Shown: positions 31,846 through 33,915 of the stretch, piece by piece
Layout: every line of letters begins with the position of its first letter
Numbering within the stretch: the stretch's first letter is position 1
Origin: an uncultured Eubacteriales bacterium
Lineage (GTDB): Bacteria; Bacillota; Clostridia; Oscillospirales; CAJFTT01
Direction of reading: 5' to 3'
Length of the DNA stretch: 33,915 nt
Assembly (NCBI GenBank): GCA_964426175.1
Contig: CAYRPK010000003.1
Coordinates: 1 to 33,915 of the forward strand
The notes under the pieces: model-generated
Seen by the model: only the letters and a program-made list of their open reading frames with translations
Databases searched by the model: none
What the model was told of the DNA's origin: nothing
Translations under genes and position numbers: made by a program

Positions 31846-32922
31846 ATGCTTACTCCAAATGTAAATCTTCAAAATAAAACCGTCCTTGTTACGGGTGCGG
31901 CAGGCTTTATCGGCTCGAATCTCGTTAAAGAGCTGCTCAGAACGGCATCTCCCCTTCATATTGTCGGAATAGATAATATGAACGATTACTATGACCCTGC
32001 AATAAAAAAATACAGACTTTCCGAAATCGAAGCGCTTGTTAAGGAATATCCCGAGTCAAAATGGGATTTTGTCGAAGGCAGTATCGCCGATAAGCCATTG
32101 ATAGACAAGCTTTTTGAGCAGTATCTCTTTGCAGTCGTCGTAAATCTCGCGGCTCAGGCGGGTGTAAGATATTCTATCACAAATCCCGATGTTTATATCG
32201 AATCTAACCTTATAGGCTTTTTCAATATCCTTGAAGCCTGCCGCAACTTCCCCGTCGAGCATCTTGTTTATGCATCAAGCTCGTCGGTCTACGGCACAAA
32301 TAAAAAGATCCCCTATTCAACAGATGATAAGGTCGACAATCCCGTCAGCCTTTATGCGGCAACCAAGAAGTCAAATGAGCTTATGGCACACGCCTATTCT
32401 AAGCTTTATAATATTCCCTCAACGGGTCTACGCTTCTTCACGGTCTACGGTCCTGCGGGACGTCCAGATATGGCGTATTTCGGCTTTACTAATAAGCTTT
32501 TAAAAGGCGAGACTATTGAGATTTTCAATTTCGGTAATTGCAAGCGCGATTTCACTTATGTCGATGATATCGTCGAAGGCGTCAAGCGCGTTATGACCTG
32601 CGCTCCCGAAAAGGAAAACGGTGAGGACGGACTCCCCATTCCACCGTACAGAGTTTACAATATCGGTAACAGCAGTCCGGAAAATCTCCTTGACTTTGTT
32701 GATATCCTTCAGCAGGAGCTCATACGCGCAGGCGTTTTGCCCGCAGATTATGATTTTGAGGTACATAAGAAGTTAGTTCCTATGCAAGCGGGCGATGTCC
32801 CTGTAACATATGCCGATACTTCCGCTTTAGAGCGCGATTTCGGCTTTAAACCGAGCACAAGCCTTCGTGACGGACTGCGTAAGTTCGCCGAATGGTATCA
32901 TGAGTTTTATCAAAATAATTAA
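31846..32922 (+). CDS. UDP-glucuronate 4-epimerase (SDR, NAD-dependent epimerase family)
   Basis: 358-aa ORF with VLVTGAAGFIGSNL, NLAAQAGVRYS, ASSSSVYG, YAATKKSNE and RFFTVYGPAGRPDMA. This motif set is characteristic of the GlcA/GalA epimerase clade. It is adjacent to ugd. Confidence 0.85.
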   Translation: MLTPNVNLQNKTVLVTGAAGFIGSNLVKELLRTASPLHIVGIDNMNDYYDPAIKKYRLSEIEALVKEYPESKWDFVEGSIADKPLIDKLFEQYLFAVVVNLAAQAGVRYSITNPDVYIESNLIGFFNILEACRNFPVEHLVYASSSSVYGTNKKIPYSTDDKVDNPVSLYAATKKSNELMAHAYSKLYNIPSTGLRFFTVYGPAGRPDMAYFGFTNKLLKGETIEIFNFGNCKRDFTYVDDIVEGVKRVMTCAPEKENGEDGLPIPPYRVYNIGNSSPENLLDFVDILQQELIRAGVLPADYDFEVHKKLVPMQAGDVPVTYADTSALERDFGFKPSTSLRDGLRKFAEWYHEFYQNN

Positions 32923-32941
32923 TTGAAAGGAACGGCAAATT

Positions 32942-33915
32942 ATGAAAATTGCAGTAGCAGGAACAGGTTATGTAGGTTTATCTATGGCGGTGCTTCTTGC
33001 ACAGCATAATGAAGTAACAGCAGTCGATATCATTCCCGAAAAGGTCGAAATGATCAACAACAAAAAATCTCCTATCGTCGATAAGGAAATCGAGGAATTC
33101 CTCGCAACCAAGCAGTTAAATTTGACTGCAACAATTGACGGTGAAAGCGCATATAAGGATGCTGAGCTTGTCATAATTTCTACCCCCACAAATTACGATA
33201 CCGAAAAGAACTACTTTGATACCTCAAGTGTTGAAAGCGTTATCGAGCAAGTAATAAAGATAAATCCCGACGCAGTTATGATAGTCAAATCTACCGTTCC
33301 CGTCGGCTTTACCTGCGGTGTCAGAGAAAGATATAATTGTGATAATATCCTCTTTTCTCCCGAATTTTTAAGAGAAGGCAGAGCCCTCTACGATAATCTT
33401 TATCCCAGCCGCATCATCGTAGGTGTTCCTGAAGAAAATGAGCGCTTAAGAAAAGTGGCAGAGACCTTTGCTGACCTTTTAAAGGAAGGCGCTATCAAAG
33501 AGGATATCGAAGTCCGTATCATGAAGCCTACCGAAGCCGAGGCTGTAAAGCTTTTCGCAAATACCTACTTAGCACTCCGTGTTTCTTACTTCAATGAGCT
33601 TGATACCTATGCCGCAGTCCGCGGACTTGATACTAAGTCTATCATTGAGGGTATAGGTCTTGACCCGAGAATCGGAAGTCATTATAATAACCCCTCCTTT
33701 GGTTACGGCGGATATTGTCTGCCCAAGGATACTAAGCAGCTGCTTGCTAATTATAACGATGTCCCCCAAAACATCATTTCTGCTATTGTTGCTGCAAACA
33801 GCACCCGTAAGGATTTTATTGCCGATCAGATAATCGAAAGAAAACCCAAGATCGTCGGCGTTTACAGACTTACTATGAAGGCAGGCAGTGATAACTTCCG
33901 TCAATCCTCAATTCA
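32942..33915 (+). CDS. ugd: UDP-glucose 6-dehydrogenase (partial; continues beyond the right edge)
   Basis: Not in the track because it has no in-window stop. Hand translation from ATG 32942 gives [30 protein letters not shown]...STPTNYD...[11 protein letters not shown]...[19 protein letters not shown], which includes the catalytic Cys motif. Confidence 0.92.
   Translation, partial: MKIAVAGTGYVGLSMAVLLAQHNEVTAVDIIPEKVEMINNKKSPIVDKEIEEFLATKQLNLTATIDGESAYKDAELVIISTPTNYDTEKNYFDTSSVESVIEQVIKINPDAVMIVKSTVPVGFTCGVRERYNCDNILFSPEFLREGRALYDNLYPSRIIVGVPEENERLRKVAETFADLLKEGAIKEDIEVRIMKPTEAEAVKLFANTYLALRVSYFNELDTYAAVRGLDTKSIIEGIGLDPRIGSHYNNPSFGYGGYCLPKDTKQLLANYNDVPQNIISAIVAANSTRKDFIADQIIERKPKIVGVYRLTMKAGSDNFRQSSI

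Noticed and set aside
1-33915. CRISPR arrays, tRNA/tmRNA genes, IS elements, integrase or att core sequences
   Set aside because: No regularly spaced direct repeats, no tRNA-like T-arm sequences, no transposase- or recombinase-like ORFs, and no identical direct repeats flanking the phage blocks were seen. Only the imperfect 75-nt pair was found. An exhaustive repeat search was not possible by eye.

Overview
Gene-dense window from a low/moderate-GC Firmicute. It is probably a member of the Clostridia, and a C-terminal dockerin on one secreted enzyme suggests a Ruminococcus-like cellulosome/amylosome user (inference only). Region 1-12.7 kb is phage-derived but oddly ordered. On the minus strand, a tail-tip gene pair (BppU-like 724 aa plus a 205-aa protein) and a lysis cassette (BhlA-like protein, holin, amidase-SPOR endolysin) lie upstream of a packaging module (terS, terL, portal, running off the left edge). 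The space where lysogeny/replication genes would be expected holds only a truncated XRE gene plus plus-strand cargo. That cargo is a csoR-copA copper-efflux operon (CopA carries an in-frame C-terminal CopZ-like domain with its own SD+ATG) and a visibly AT-rich island. The island encodes an NCS2 (uracil/xanthine-type) permease with unexplained N- and C-terminal extensions. A 75-nt hairpin-plus-box element occurs twice, colinear, directly in front of terS and of the BppU-like gene. Region 12.8-24.8 kb is housekeeping: a membrane protein, trmL, rsmG, a dockerin-bearing SGNH esterase/CBM32 protein, htpG with a CIRCE operator, proB-proA, a membrane-anchored unknown, and a heterodimeric ABC exporter with one degenerate ATP site. 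Region 24.8-33.9 kb is the start of a Wzx/Wzy-type exopolysaccharide locus: two pyruvyl transferases, GT4, Wzy, Wzx, a nitroreductase-like flavoprotein, UDP-GlcA 4-epimerase and a partial ugd. I saw no rRNA, tRNA, CRISPR array, integrase, transposase or recognisable defence gene. All homology statements rest on recalled family motifs, not on searches.
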